From Ptychomitrium polyphyllum (Eukaryota), in NCBI GenBank assembly GCA_973851085.1, contig OZ316775.1, positions 19,282,001 to 19,346,000 on the forward strand: 64,000 nt of DNA. The letters are read 5' to 3'. Shown here one piece after another: positions 25,391 to 37,900 of this stretch (its first letter is position 1; the number at the start of each line of letters is the position of its first letter). The position numbers and the translations under genes are program-made. Under the pieces are notes generated by a model. The model did no database searches. It was not told where the DNA came from and was given only the letters and a program-made list of their open reading frames with translations.

Positions 25391-25626
25391 CGGAACCTCA
25401 TCACTACGTCGGTTGCGGAATTCCTCACGAGAGGTGGAATGGGAACAAAATGGATCAGAGCTCGGGAACTCGTGAACGTATGATAGGGAACATCAGAGCG
25501 TGGGAAGGGAACATGAGAACATTGAACAGGAACATAGAAACGATGAACGGGAACAGGTGAAACGGAGTAGGAACCGTGGAAACGTGGTGGAGGAACGTGA
25601 GAACAAGGAAGGGATCAGGGGAACTT
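25391..25626 (+). repeat. Single-strand array of about 15 (G)GAAC motifs
   Basis: ggaacc, gggaaca, gggaact, gggaaca, ggaaca, gggaaca, ggaacc, ggaacg, gggaact and others, all on the + strand, upstream of the 27609 gene. Confidence 0.7.
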
Positions 25627-27608
25627 CGTCTCTCTCAGAAGTGTGGAGTCAGAACCCTACTTACAGTGCAGGACATGAGCTCTGCGTGATTCACTTGTTG
25701 CAGTGTTCTCGTCTTTTCCCTCAGTGGGATGCAATACCGCTGCTTGGATCCGTCGTCACGTGTGTCGAGATGTCGTCTCAGCTTAGCTGCTGCCATTCTA
25801 AACGAGCTAGCAATCATTATTTCTTGTGATCTCGTGTGCTTGGTGGACGAGTGGGAACTAGAGAGGGAAATGTTAGCGCAAGGCGGAGTTGCCGAGGTCA
25901 GTGAATAGGAACGTGGTGTAGCGCCAAGAATGGTTGGAGATTATCTTGGTTTTTTTCCTCTTGATTCTAGTCTTTTGTTGCTTTTCGAAGTTTGGATGAC
26001 GAGTTTGAGTTTTGGACTCTTGTGAAGTGGTCGAAGTTTGGGATGAGTGTGTGGAGATTCTGTGTGAATCTTGGTGTGGTTACAGTAAGTTGGTTTTAGA
26101 GCCTTTGGTTTTGGGGGAGTTATCGTGCACGTGGTGTTGGTTTGGTGAGTAGTAGAGGTCGATGGAGAGTGAGGTGGAGAGTTTTGTGAGTATTCTCTAT
26201 CTCTGGATCATCCGATCTTGAATTTGGATGTTCTGGAAGCACTGAGTGTTTATAGTTGTAGCTACGATTGGTGAAGTATTTATCGTTCTTCTTTGGGTTG
26301 GTCGAAGAGGATGCGCTGGTGGATGTGCACTTTTTGCTTGCTTTCAAGAAGGATGCCTTCAGGATCACACTCAGCATAGCTCTTTGCCTTAGTGAATCGA
26401 CTTTGTAACTCCTTTATGTATTGTTAGCTTGCGTGTGCACGTCTTTTTACTTTCCTCTTACGATTACTCCCAGTTTTTCTTTACAATTAATGATTATTCT
26501 CTTTTGAATTAACCAGTGGAGCCTGCTTGGATTGTAATTGAAGAGTTTGTCACGAGCAGATTCCTGTGAAACGGAGGAACTGATAATGAGTTTGCGAAAG
26601 GGGGACTTAGAGTACGCTTGGCTGTCTTCATGTAGAGCGTGGGTTTTCTAGTTGAAAGAGTGTGTAGATGACCCCAATCTCAGCTATAATTTAGGTGTTC
26701 ATAGTGAAGATTCTCTGTGGCTGGTTAGCTTAAAACAAGTGAATTTCAGGTGTTTGAAAACTTTATATCCAAGAATTTGGACTGAAGTAGTACTTCTGGG
26801 AGAATTTCTACCTTTTTTTAAAGATCGAATCGCTCTGTGCAACATGAAACACCGAGTTGCAATCCTTTTCCTTTCATGATTGTTTGGACGTTTTCTGCTG
26901 AATGTATGGCACTGTAGCGTTTGTTTCCATTGTTTATTGGGAACTAGTGGTTGCTTGCTGGATAGGTTGGGGTTTCGTTTACATGAGCAACGTTAGTAGA
27001 CTTTCTTGATGCACTCCCAGATTGTAAGACGGACGGATTTGTGAACATTCAAACATTATGTTGTACCCCGTTGGAGGCTAGTGGACATCCACTAAGAAGT
27101 GTATCATTCATTGTGACGGTTGCTTCTCTTTTTTTCTTCCTTTTAGATATATTGGACTGACATTTTCGTGCTTTGAATTCACAGAGAGAAGGACCAAGTG
27201 CAAATTCGTTTTAATTTCAAAGACACAACTCTCTTCAACTGATTTCTATGTTCGATTACGGTTTGGATAACGCTTAATCGCAATGGAAGTCTCCTGATGG
27301 TTTCGTCTGGGGTTTTCGATAGACGGTTATCCATATCTTGGAGCTGTACAATGTGGGCAGGCTATACTGAAAATGGAATTTCTCCGCAAACCTGGTCAAG
27401 CAGGTTGTGCGATTTCTGATTCTTCAGACCCTCAAGTTTTTTCTAAGAGCACTATTTTCACTTGCATGCGGCATGGGAAGCAGCATCATGACACTGAAAG
27501 CTTCGCTTAAAGTTCTGTGCCGGACGTAGACATCGCAACGAAATCGCACCACACGGGTGTCAGTTAGATACAGATCTTTGCGAGGAGGAGATTCAGTGCC
27601 TCGAAGAA

Positions 27609-30068
27609 ATGGGTACAAGTGTATTTTCTGAGATTGGTACTCTAATGTGGGATCATCCATATGTATCCTGCAGTTTATTGATCTTTCTTACGCCTCCATT
27701 TTTCCCAATTCTCAAGTTCTTCTCCCCCCTATTGATCTCCACAGCCTTGTTTATGGTGGCGCTAGTGACAATGGGTCCTCAATTCCAAGATCCTTCTGCT
27801 CAGGAGGGTGGTCTTCAGGATCCTTCAGAAATAAACTCCGAGGATGAAGCGGGTTTTAGAACAGGAGATGGGAGGATGGATGTTAAGAGAAGAAAACCTA
27901 GAGAAGAGGTTCGTTTTTCTCCCCGTGATTGGATCAAATCATACAAAGAGGGTGGGTTAGCGTGGGTGGAGCAGAAGCTATTTCGAAACGACAATTGGAG
28001 GGCGGCGTCGTTGAATGATGAGAATGTTTCCATTCTGCAGGAAGCGTTCTCTCACAGGGCTGAGGAGAAGCCTCGCGTGATGGTAAGATTAGTAACTAGG
28101 AGGATTCCTGCCGAGGAGGAGAGAACTGCCGAGGAACACGCATTTCAGAGGCAAGACATTCCTGAATTATCAAACTCCGGATCTTGGAAATCGTCACACT
28201 CCCCTGACAGGAGCTTTGAAAGGCCTCCTTCCTTTAGCGTAGGGACTAATGCCCGAGACCTTCCGCACGACTTTTTTTCACCTCACCCGAGTCTCTCTAG
28301 GAGACGCGACTCTGATATTCCTCTGTTTGAGAACGTCGGACGTCCCCCTATTGAGCATGATATGCCACCGTTAATAACCGGTCCTGCATCGATCACTGTT
28401 CCTCTATTTAGATCTTTTGAAGATGACATAGGCAGTGATGATGAGTATGATCACCTTCACAGCAATCGTGATGAGCACATGCATCTCGAGGTTGGGGAGA
28501 GGTCATTGGATGCAGAGTCTCTGTCTCAGGACGAGTTGCCAGTGACTAATGGTATTTATGATCAACCACCTCCGTTCACTGTGCAAGAGGAAGACCTGCC
28601 TTCCTCTAGTGACAGTGATGAGGAACGAAGTTATTTTGCAGACTGGCATCAAGGAAATAGAGCGTCGGAATCATCTCTTCCTGCAATGCATGGTGCATTT
28701 CATAGTCGCGACATTGATTTGAATAAACAAAATTCAGGAAGTGCTCTAGGAAGTCACGAAGTTAGTGCACCTCATTCTAAGGATGTTTCCGAAGAGCTTT
28801 CTCCTTCGGCTGATATTCTGCATGAAGAGCGACCCATTCCAGCACCAAAGATTGATCAGGAAATCCATCCTCCAACAGCAGGTCACGAGGAGAGCTTGCA
28901 ACTCAATAAGGACATAGAGTCGCACGATATACCAGAGTTGGAGAATATACTACCTGTGAAGAAAGAAAGTCGTGAAATTCCTATCACAGTAGGAGATGAT
29001 TCCAACTGGAGTGAATTTGTAGAAGAAGCTATACCTGATGACCACTTGGACACAGATGTAGGACCTGTTGATGTTCCTGCCCGCCATGAGAAGCCTGATG
29101 TGTCAGAAGTTCCCACAGATCATGCCACTGACAGCAAGGAACTTCGCATCGAACCGGAGGTGCCTGCTCCTAAAGATATTTTGGTGGAGTCACATTACTT
29201 CGTTGAAAGGTCGATGTCACTTCCAGTTTTGGGAAGTTTAGCAGCCACAGAGTCTGTAGAGTTGCCCACAGCTAATGATGATCACACGGAACTGGATAAA
29301 TCGCTTCCTGACGATGTTCAAGAGGCAGTGCACCAATCTTATGTACTGTGTAATGCGATCTCACTTCCAGCTGGGGTTTCAATCCAGCCAATAGTCATAC
29401 CACCAAAGACTGCCGACCAGGGATCTTTAAGTCCCGACACAGATCTTGGGTACGCCACCACTCCTGATCACGAGAGACGAGGTGTTGCGGCACGTTTCTT
29501 CTCAGCTGAGCGATACAATTCCATCACCTCCATCAGTGGGGACGAGTCCGAGTTTGCACTACCTATTAAGCAACTGTCGACTAAGGAGAAACTTTCAAAT
29601 CTCGAGGCTTTGTGCAACTCTATGCCTGCAATTGGTGAGAAAAGATGTCTTCCAGCAGATCAAGTAGCGATACTGAGAACGACTACTGACGAGCAAGTTA
29701 CTCATGTCGCAGACAAGCTAAAAGGTTATATCGATGATAGTCCATCCAAGAAGTTTCAACCTAATGCGCTGCAGCTTCAGATTACACCACCATCCTCGAA
29801 AGTTTTGTTAAACACTCCGGCGAGCAAATCTGCAATTTTAGCGTCTGCGCTCGGAAGGCCGTCGATACGCCCTGTAATTTCGTCTTCCAGGACTTATGGT
29901 GGTGTACGGTTCAGCTCAAGTGAAGAAAGTTCTGAAGATGAGCAAATCGATTTAGACTCGGACATTGAAGGTGACGGCACAGACTCAGAGTCGGATATTG
30001 AGATTGTTCAATCAACTGGGAAGTCGAGGTTAAAGCCACCCCCTAAACCGCCTGCAAAGATTCGTTAG
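27609..30068 (+). CDS. 819-aa protein with N-terminal transmembrane hairpin and long acidic/Ser/Pro-rich disordered body
   Basis: Uninterrupted 2.46-kb ORF. Hydrophobic HPYVSCSLLIFLTPPFFPILKFFSPLLISTALFMVALVTMGP resembles the N-terminus of a plant family of uncharacterised acidic membrane-anchored proteins (HP...SP.L..TA.....L...GP). Probable 5'UTR intron from GTAAGT ~26085 to CAG ~27184. Confidence 0.88.
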   Translation: MGTSVFSEIGTLMWDHPYVSCSLLIFLTPPFFPILKFFSPLLISTALFMVALVTMGPQFQDPSAQEGGLQDPSEINSEDEAGFRTGDGRMDVKRRKPREEVRFSPRDWIKSYKEGGLAWVEQKLFRNDNWRAASLNDENVSILQEAFSHRAEEKPRVMVRLVTRRIPAEEERTAEEHAFQRQDIPELSNSGSWKSSHSPDRSFERPPSFSVGTNARDLPHDFFSPHPSLSRRRDSDIPLFENVGRPPIEHDMPPLITGPASITVPLFRSFEDDIGSDDEYDHLHSNRDEHMHLEVGERSLDAESLSQDELPVTNGIYDQPPPFTVQEEDLPSSSDSDEERSYFADWHQGNRASESSLPAMHGAFHSRDIDLNKQNSGSALGSHEVSAPHSKDVSEELSPSADILHEERPIPAPKIDQEIHPPTAGHEESLQLNKDIESHDIPELENILPVKKESREIPITVGDDSNWSEFVEEAIPDDHLDTDVGPVDVPARHEKPDVSEVPTDHATDSKELRIEPEVPAPKDILVESHYFVERSMSLPVLGSLAATESVELPTANDDHTELDKSLPDDVQEAVHQSYVLCNAISLPAGVSIQPIVIPPKTADQGSLSPDTDLGYATTPDHERRGVAARFFSAERYNSITSISGDESEFALPIKQLSTKEKLSNLEALCNSMPAIGEKRCLPADQVAILRTTTDEQVTHVADKLKGYIDDSPSKKFQPNALQLQITPPSSKVLLNTPASKSAILASALGRPSIRPVISSSRTYGGVRFSSSEESSEDEQIDLDSDIEGDGTDSESDIEIVQSTGKSRLKPPPKPPAKIR

Positions 30069-31623
30069 CCATAACCTGGTATGCAGGGCAAGCCGACTGA
30101 TGCAGAATCTGTAGAGAGGACGTAGCTTATTTTTCCTACCTCGGAACTCTTCTCCTTTTTGCCTGAAGAGGAGTCACCCAAGTTGCGACTGCTACTTCAC
30201 TACCAGCTCTTCTATTCCAAGCTGCTGAGAGTTGAATTTGTTTCCTCCCCATTGAGTTTTTACTGTTGGTAGTTCAGGATTAATCCCTTACTCTAATAGC
30301 TCTGTACTAATAGCTCTGTACTAATGACTATTGCCTTGATTGCAATGATAAAGGGCTGAGCAGTCTTGTTGAAAATATGCCATCCGATGCCTGAGTATGG
30401 TATATCTTATCTTCCTTTCTGTTATTTGTTGTTTCAGTTCACTTTCACGTAAACGAGTGAAGCTATCCGTTTCAAGTTGATATTTATCAGCTCACCTAGT
30501 TTAATTTTAACTCCTTGTAGTAAGATGTTCACATTTAGACCTTGTGATGTGCAGGAGCTCTAGAAAGGCCAAGGATGTAAACCGATATCACAAATAATGT
30601 GGAACTATACTCGTCAACTTTTGATCTTGATATGAACTCAAATAGAGGAGTTTTGCAAGGTCTTTTATGATGAAATTGATATGTTTTCTATTCTGAATTT
30701 TATCCGTACCGGTGTACACAAAATTTTGTTCTTCAAGCACCCAAGTTAGAAATAAGAATCCCACTCTAGGTTATCGTCAATATATTTTCGAGGTTGGCTG
30801 TATACATGTTAATACTCTAGGTAGGATGTTGGATGAACCTACTGAAAGTTTGTTCCTTAGATTCTGGTGCCTTGAATCAGACTCAAGGTCTGGTGATGAA
30901 ACTTATCTCTGCGAAAGAAGGTAGGTGCAATGTGTGTAGTAGGTGGGCAGAATTTACTCTGATAGAGTCATGTCATACAGTAACAAGCTAAACTGCAACT
31001 CGGCCTATCCTTCGATTGAGTGCTTGCTGCTCTACTTGCAGTGCACTACGTGCATAATAATAGGTCAAACATGTCAACTTCATCATTAAAAACCACGTAT
31101 ATTTTGGATGGCAGATGACACCGACTCTAAATCGCTTTTTCATTCGAATTTCACATTTAGGTTGATGTTCATGTAAGTATTTTGAACAACACCTTAACGG
31201 ACTAAATACCATGCTATTCAGTTCATTATTTCATGAACAGAACAAACACAAACTACGCAAGCAGCTACAAATTAACACCGAAGGCGCAGGCGCTGTTTTA
31301 TTTACTCAGTCATAAATGCTGGTCAACATCAAAGCACTTAAAATGACAATACAACGCAGTGCACCATGCCTCCATCTCAAGAGCTGTTCAAGTAACCCAA
31401 GTACTCATAACCTCGCCTTCTAAAGTCCACAAAGTCCATCCACATAAACAACATACAATCAAATACCAAATGATTGTCATCAATTCATAAGCACTCACAC
31501 TAACTGAAGTCAAGCAGCTAGTATCTTGCATGAACCCAAAATTGAATCACAAGCATTATCAATCTCCAGGCTTCGAAACACATTTTGATCGCATAATCTC
31601 CAGATCTCCTTCAATCGATGTGC

Positions 31624-31962
31624 TCAGTAAGGAGGTGAAGGGTAAGGCTTCTTTTTCTCATTGCCATGGTGAGGAGGCTTGCCATCGTGGTGAGGAGCCT
31701 TCCTGCCATCGTCGTGAGGAGGCTTCTTTCCGTCATGGTGAGAAGGCTTGCCTTCATGGTGAAATGGCTTCTTGCCGTTGTGGTGACCGTGGTGGCCATG
31801 GTGGGGGGGTGTATGCCATGGAGACTTGCCCCACGTCTTTTGCTCAACTTCGGTCTCCGCCAGGAGCTCTCGGCCTTCCGCTGGTGGTGCAGAGAAGGTC
31901 AGGATAATAGCGAACAGCGCCAGGGTTGCCGCGGCCAACATGAAGGGTTTCATTGTCACCAT
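31624..31962 (-). CDS. Secreted His/Pro/Lys-rich repeat peptide (112 aa)
   Basis: Signal peptide, GRELL pro-motif, five K(K)PxHH(D/E)G-type repeats and C-terminal PYPSPPY. 5'UTR intron at 32473-31983 (GT..CAG) and TATAAA at ~32547. Confidence 0.88.
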   Translation of the reverse strand: MVTMKPFMLAAATLALFAIILTFSAPPAEGRELLAETEVEQKTWGKSPWHTPPHHGHHGHHNGKKPFHHEGKPSHHDGKKPPHDDGRKAPHHDGKPPHHGNEKKKPYPSPPY

Positions 31963-34900
31963 GGAAATCTGAATTAGCGGATCTGTGAATGGAAGATTCC
32001 TGGAACAAACGTAACATCAAGAATGTCAATAACTCAACTATATAATATGAATTCTCAAGCTGACTTATAGCATCTAAAATCAGACTACCGAATTTCGGGC
32101 TCCACATCTAAAATCAACCATGTAATGCAGTAAAGTCACATGCTGGAAAATTGCAGTGAGCATTATAATTATGCACAGGCACAAATCAAAAGTACCACAA
32201 GCTGCAGCTGATGGTCAATACAATAGTAGCACCGTAACAGTTACAGTTATTTGGTTAAGAGATGTGGCGCCTCTTAACCAAACCAGAACAGAGACAAGCT
32301 GCTAGACTTCAGTGTACTTGGATACAGTAAGCCACTGGCATAGAGTTCCATTAAGTGCACAATGCCAACTGACAGCATTTCCAAGCACATATATTTACAG
32401 TTTTAGCAATATGTTTTGCAACTACACCACAAAAAGAAATGGGTATGGAAGCAAAGCAAAGTGAGGTAAAGACCTGGTGAAGTGGCTCCTTGAGCGCGAG
32501 AAGGCAGTGATGAGAGGATGCATGATATGAGAAGTTGGGAGTTTATAAAGGGAATGGGGAGGAGACGACGTCAGTGAGAAGCAAACATGATCCTATCAAT
32601 GTTTTCTCTTTACTGTACTACGTTACTCTTTTCCCACCTTTTCTGGTAATTGTGGGTTCATGCAGAAGGACATGTATGTAACCTCTGCGTTTATAGAGGG
32701 TACATTGATTGATTGATCATGTCTCAAGTTACACATATAACTACTAGCTAGAAGCTATTGTATTTGCGTTGTTGTACCAGTGAAGCTGTAACAAGTTCAT
32801 ACTCATTAATTGATGTTATATAAAGTATCGTTAGGAAGGAAATATTTCTTTGGAAAAATATGTTGATTATTTTGACTTCAATTATAGGTTGGAGCACCCA
32901 GTCATGTCTTTATGCTTCTGGTTTGGGGTTCCCTAACTCAGCCGAGAAGTTGAAGCCATTGCAAATTTTCAAAGGCAATAAAACTCTTTTCCTTTGAGTA
33001 TTAAGTGTTTATAAACAGATACAAAACAAAAAAACGAAATGATGAAATAAAATAAATTAAAAGGCTAAGTGAATAAACGGCTTCCACGATTTGGTAATCA
33101 AAAGAGTAGTAGCATGATAATGCAACATCCCAATACCGTCGTTGAAAAAGATCTGTGGCAAGTCCTGAATGTGAGTTGCAGTTGGTATGATCTACTCTTA
33201 GGCAGCAAGCTTGTAAAATCCAGGACCTCACAGGGTGTTTTCGTAGCTGATTTGTGATTTTCCTTTGTAAAATGAGTACATGAAAGCACTGAGCAAACAC
33301 AGACACTAGTGACAACATACATTTTTGACAATGACGTGCAAAACTCCACTAGGACACAGCATACCAAATGTGTGGACAGTTCTTAGCTCTAGAGCCCTCA
33401 TTAATAATCATATGAAGCCCGATTAATAGTTGTCATAAAATGCATGAGAGTCCCAAATAGAGCTTCTCTTAGAGCATTTAATTGTAAAGTGGAGCTCTAA
33501 CCCATAAATTAAGCTTCGAGAAATTGGTGCACAGAGATAGTGTGGAAGTGCTCAGCAATGGACTTCTTGATGTTGAGTCTTGACAATACACGATAGAGCA
33601 CATGCTGCACTACACAAATTGCTTTCGTATTCGTGACTTTAGGAACATATTCTCCAGCCTTAATGATGCAAAATCTGACTTTGGAGACTGTCCATACTGT
33701 TAGTGCGTTCCCAAGTGTCAACTTTAAATCACATGTAAAAACTTCATTCATGCACGTTAAAATGACTTAAGAAATTCACCGTGCAGGCTGCATATGTGCT
33801 TTCAGATCCTAAGGCGGCTTTCTGATACAAAGGTTGCATTTCACCATCTCACTCTTCACTACAACACAAGTAATTACATTAACTACTAAGAGCATGCTTT
33901 TGTAAAAATATTAACAAAAATCTTGCAATTCTAACTTTAAAGCTCTTGAGAAATCCATCTCTTTCGTTAACTCTAGCATACTTCTGCCAGCCTACCATCA
34001 TTTCGGGACATCAATTGCGATATACAAATATCTTGTGCAACGAGGGAGAGCTGAGACAGCCTGGTAGAGCAAGGTGAGCCTGGTGGGCACATCACACTGA
34101 CAGCTATAGGTGGTCAAATAAGTGATGTTTCTGAGGTTTTGATAAGCTAAGATTCTTAAGATGATACTTTAGTACCTTTGCCTTTGGGAGCCAATGCCAT
34201 CTACGAATGCGGAGTAGGCCTTGCAGATCATCGTTGTGAAGGATAAGTTAGGATTGTGGATAATATTGTAGAGTTTGTGAACGTGAGAGACTGCGATGTG
34301 GCTAACTTGTGTTGGTACAACAGAAACAACACAATATTGTACGAAGTGAATGGATATGAACCGATTAGAAGTTTTCACAGATCATGGAACTGATCGTAAG
34401 GAAATTCACAATGAACCGGAGGATGCCGCTGGTCCTACAGATGTTTTCGGTGGATCCATCACTGCGTTGAGAGCTCAATTTTAGATCGACAACGTTCGAT
34501 TGATGTGTCTAGTAATATGATGTTGAATTTACAAAAGCTGTAGCGTGCTGGCCATGTGAACTCTGTCCAACCCTTGATTGCTGCAAAGAATGAGAACCAC
34601 CTTCAGTACACCTGGCATTGATTCTGTTACGCAACTCAATGAGAAACTAGTCAAAGTTGTGTTATACTATTAGTATGTTAACAGTACAAAAAGTATCTGT
34701 AAGTACCCAAAGTCCAAACTTGAGTGCAACTTCATTCAGCAGCTACAGAAACTTGACTCTATCACATGTTTACTACAGCCTGCATTCATGAAGCATACAT
34801 ACAGTGGCTCCCTTACATGCATTGACGTCATATCAACATGAAATGCTCCAAAATGATCCCAGTTCTTCTCAGCATCCACATAAGCAATTTCAACACTTAC

Positions 34901-37900
34901 TGGGGCACACAGGATTCAAACACTAAAGTTTATCCCCTTACCAAGCAGGCTATTCTCGTTCAAGCATAAGCAGAAACGCTTATGAGGATTCAGGAACAAG
35001 ATTAAGAGCTGTAATTTTGCAGATAGTTTAAACTTATTATTCCAGAAGTTTCAACGTGGTTCAAATTACCACATCCAAGGATATGGTTTGGCACCATTGT
35101 GTTAATTAATAAAATTTTCTAAAATTATATTTGACAAACTGAACACTTCCTGAAACTTGCTTTTCGTTTGCATAAAACAAAGTTTTCAAAAACTTGCGTT
35201 GGTTTGAAAGTGGCCCTTACATATGATAGCCATGATTGACAGCTTCATCCCACTTTAGTGATGCTGGATTGATTCCTGGCCACACTCTTGCATTGTAGCA
35301 CTTGCTCCACTGAGCAGTATACATATTTTGTGGAGTGCCCTGTGTGTGGATATGATTCTGACAATTTAACTCTTGATATAAGGTAACAGCACCATTCATG
35401 CACAAACTTCCATCATGTATACATTAATGGTTACCTACAAAACTCAAACTCAACAAGGGATGAATGAGAATCAAATATGGGCATTCATGAAGAGATTTAA
35501 AATTTTGTAACAAGAGTAGATATAAAATTGGCAACACTGATGATATTTTTGAAAATTATGATGTTCTTTTATAACATATAGCTTTGTTTATCATCATAAC
35601 ATCATGCTTTCGTTTTTTCTATTTTAAAGGTTTGTTTCTATTAAAAATTATGTTTTTAGTTTGAATTCCACTTAATCAGGATTTTGTTTTCATTTACTAA
35701 GATCCATGAACAATTTGCTACTAAAAACTCTTTTTCTAATTTTGACTTACACCACCTTAAAGTGTCAACCATGAATGCTCTTCCCTTACAAGCTAGGCAC
35801 AATCCAACAACCAAAATGTGCACTATTATGTCAAAGATAAAAAAAGTTAACCCTTCAAATTTCACCCTTCAAATTTCAATTGCCATGTCCTTCAGCTCCA
35901 AAAGATATCAGCATGTCCTTGTTATGCTGGATGGTGGTCAGCTTTACAAGGGAATAATTTATGACATCATCCTCTACAGTTTCAGTTGGCTGCACCAGTT
36001 CTAGCCCATGGCATTGGTAGTGCCTCACAAGGTTGCTCAAACATGGCTGTTTGCTGCATGATCAGCCTCCATTAATCCAACTCTTGGAACTGTTCTCACA
36101 ATAACGAGACAACTCGAGAGGACTGTTTCCATATAACAAGACAACTTCCGGGAACTGTGCTCGGTATAATCCTCTGTCATCCTCGAGATCCAAGTGTGCT
36201 TTTCCAAATACGAGCAGCCTGGCAAAGCTAGGATTTCAGTTCTGATGACTGGATTGATTACCTTGATTCACTCTCCCGGGTATCAATATCATGATATGTA
36301 GTTCTTGAAAGACAGAGATGCAATTGGCTTTGACCCTCTGTGTAGCCAATAGGAAAAGTGTGATACAATGCCTACCAAATGGCCTCGTCACGAAGAACGG
36401 TCGAGGATTGGCCATTCGATTCCTTCGAGCAATGTTTCTGTTATCGAAGATAGCGTTGATTCTTCGCTGAAAACGTGTGTTCTGGAGATCTAGGCATACA
36501 CAGAAGTGTTGAGAAGCTTTCAAAATCATTGCCGAACGGTGAGAAACCGCAAAAGTTCTACAGCGTCGATTGTAGTAAGTACGCCACATGGTTGACCTCA
36601 CTGAATTCGCACACAATTAGCCTGAAATTCACGCCGACTTTTCTGAACAACCTTGCCTCTCCTCCATGCTTCGCACAAGTTCCCTTCTCGAACTCTGCGT
36701 CACAGCTTTTCCTCTTTCGTTAAGAATCGGACTAAGATCGATCCTGCCAATTTGGCGCTACCTCAACCCCACACTGAGACGTGCTCGGGAAAGGCTGCCG
36801 AAAGTTGCATCCCGCTTGAAACCTCGTCCCTTCCATGCTGCAACGGGCGGCTTCAAGATCAGAGCTGCCGGTGAACAACCAAATCTCAAGCACGCCTCAC
36901 GCACACACCATGGCACATGAAAGCACCATTGTCAGAGCTCATTACAAGGAGCCTCGACAGCCTGCCCACATACTACTTTCATGTCCGCAGGAGTATCAAC
37001 CAGGTATTACGTCAGTATTGTATCAATATAACCCAAATATCACGTAGGTGTCAGCCGATGAAAAACTCCCTTATGGCGACCAAATCGACTCAACTTTCTC
37101 GAAGGCTGGTTAATCTCCGCAATACAAAACCGACACCCTACAATAGGGGTCGTCACAGTCTAGGTTATCTGTAGATTGGGATCAAAGAGTGTACACGTGG
37201 GTTAGATGTTATCGGTTTTAGGTACAGTAACGTCTCTTGAGTATGCATTTCGGAAACTCAAGCGTTGCAGGTTTTGAGAGATCTTCAGAAGCCGGTGATG
37301 GATTCCGCCGTGGTTTCCGCTGGATGCGACTCATAGAATCGTCTTCAGCTGCCGTCTATTATCTCGACAGTCTGCATCGAATCCTCGAAGTTTCTATTTA
37401 AGCCCTAATCTCTGCACAGAAGTGTGAAGGTAGGTGAACTAATCAATTCTAACTGCTCTCTTGGTTTAATTTAATTTTAAAGAAAATGAACAAGTGTGTG
37501 ATGGAATCAAGTTGCTGAGCAGTGCGTAGTTCTGCTCTGAATCTTTATGCTCACAAGTGTAAGGTGTTGCGATTGTCTTTATTTGCATGTGTTATTCCAA
37601 GAACCTTGTCTCTTAAGCCCAGTCAATGTCTGTGGCCATGGTTTATGTCATAACTTAGTAGCCTGGTGCAGGGTTGAATGATGTTATCAGCAGGCCCATT
37701 CTGGTAGTCTCTGCACTTGGCTTGAATTTGTTTATATCAGTTTTTACTGGGAGAGCTCCTTATTGTTATTGGAGAACACCTTTGAACTGAAAATTGTGAT
37801 GAAATAGTCAACAAAGATTCATGGGCTCAATTTTTTGACTGATTGTTCTTGGTCATTCCCTGAATCTTAAACTTTATCTCTTTATCTGGTGAGAATTTTT

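Noticed and set aside
30292..30325. 14-bp tandem duplication CTAATAGCTCTGTA (also 13-bp at ~1883-1917 and 33-bp at ~21910-21979)
   Set aside because: These are ordinary local slippage duplications with no sign of function.
37796..37863. Possible C/D box snoRNA (GTGATGA...CTGA)
   Set aside because: No terminal stem and no rRNA complementarity that I could recognise; such boxes occur by chance.
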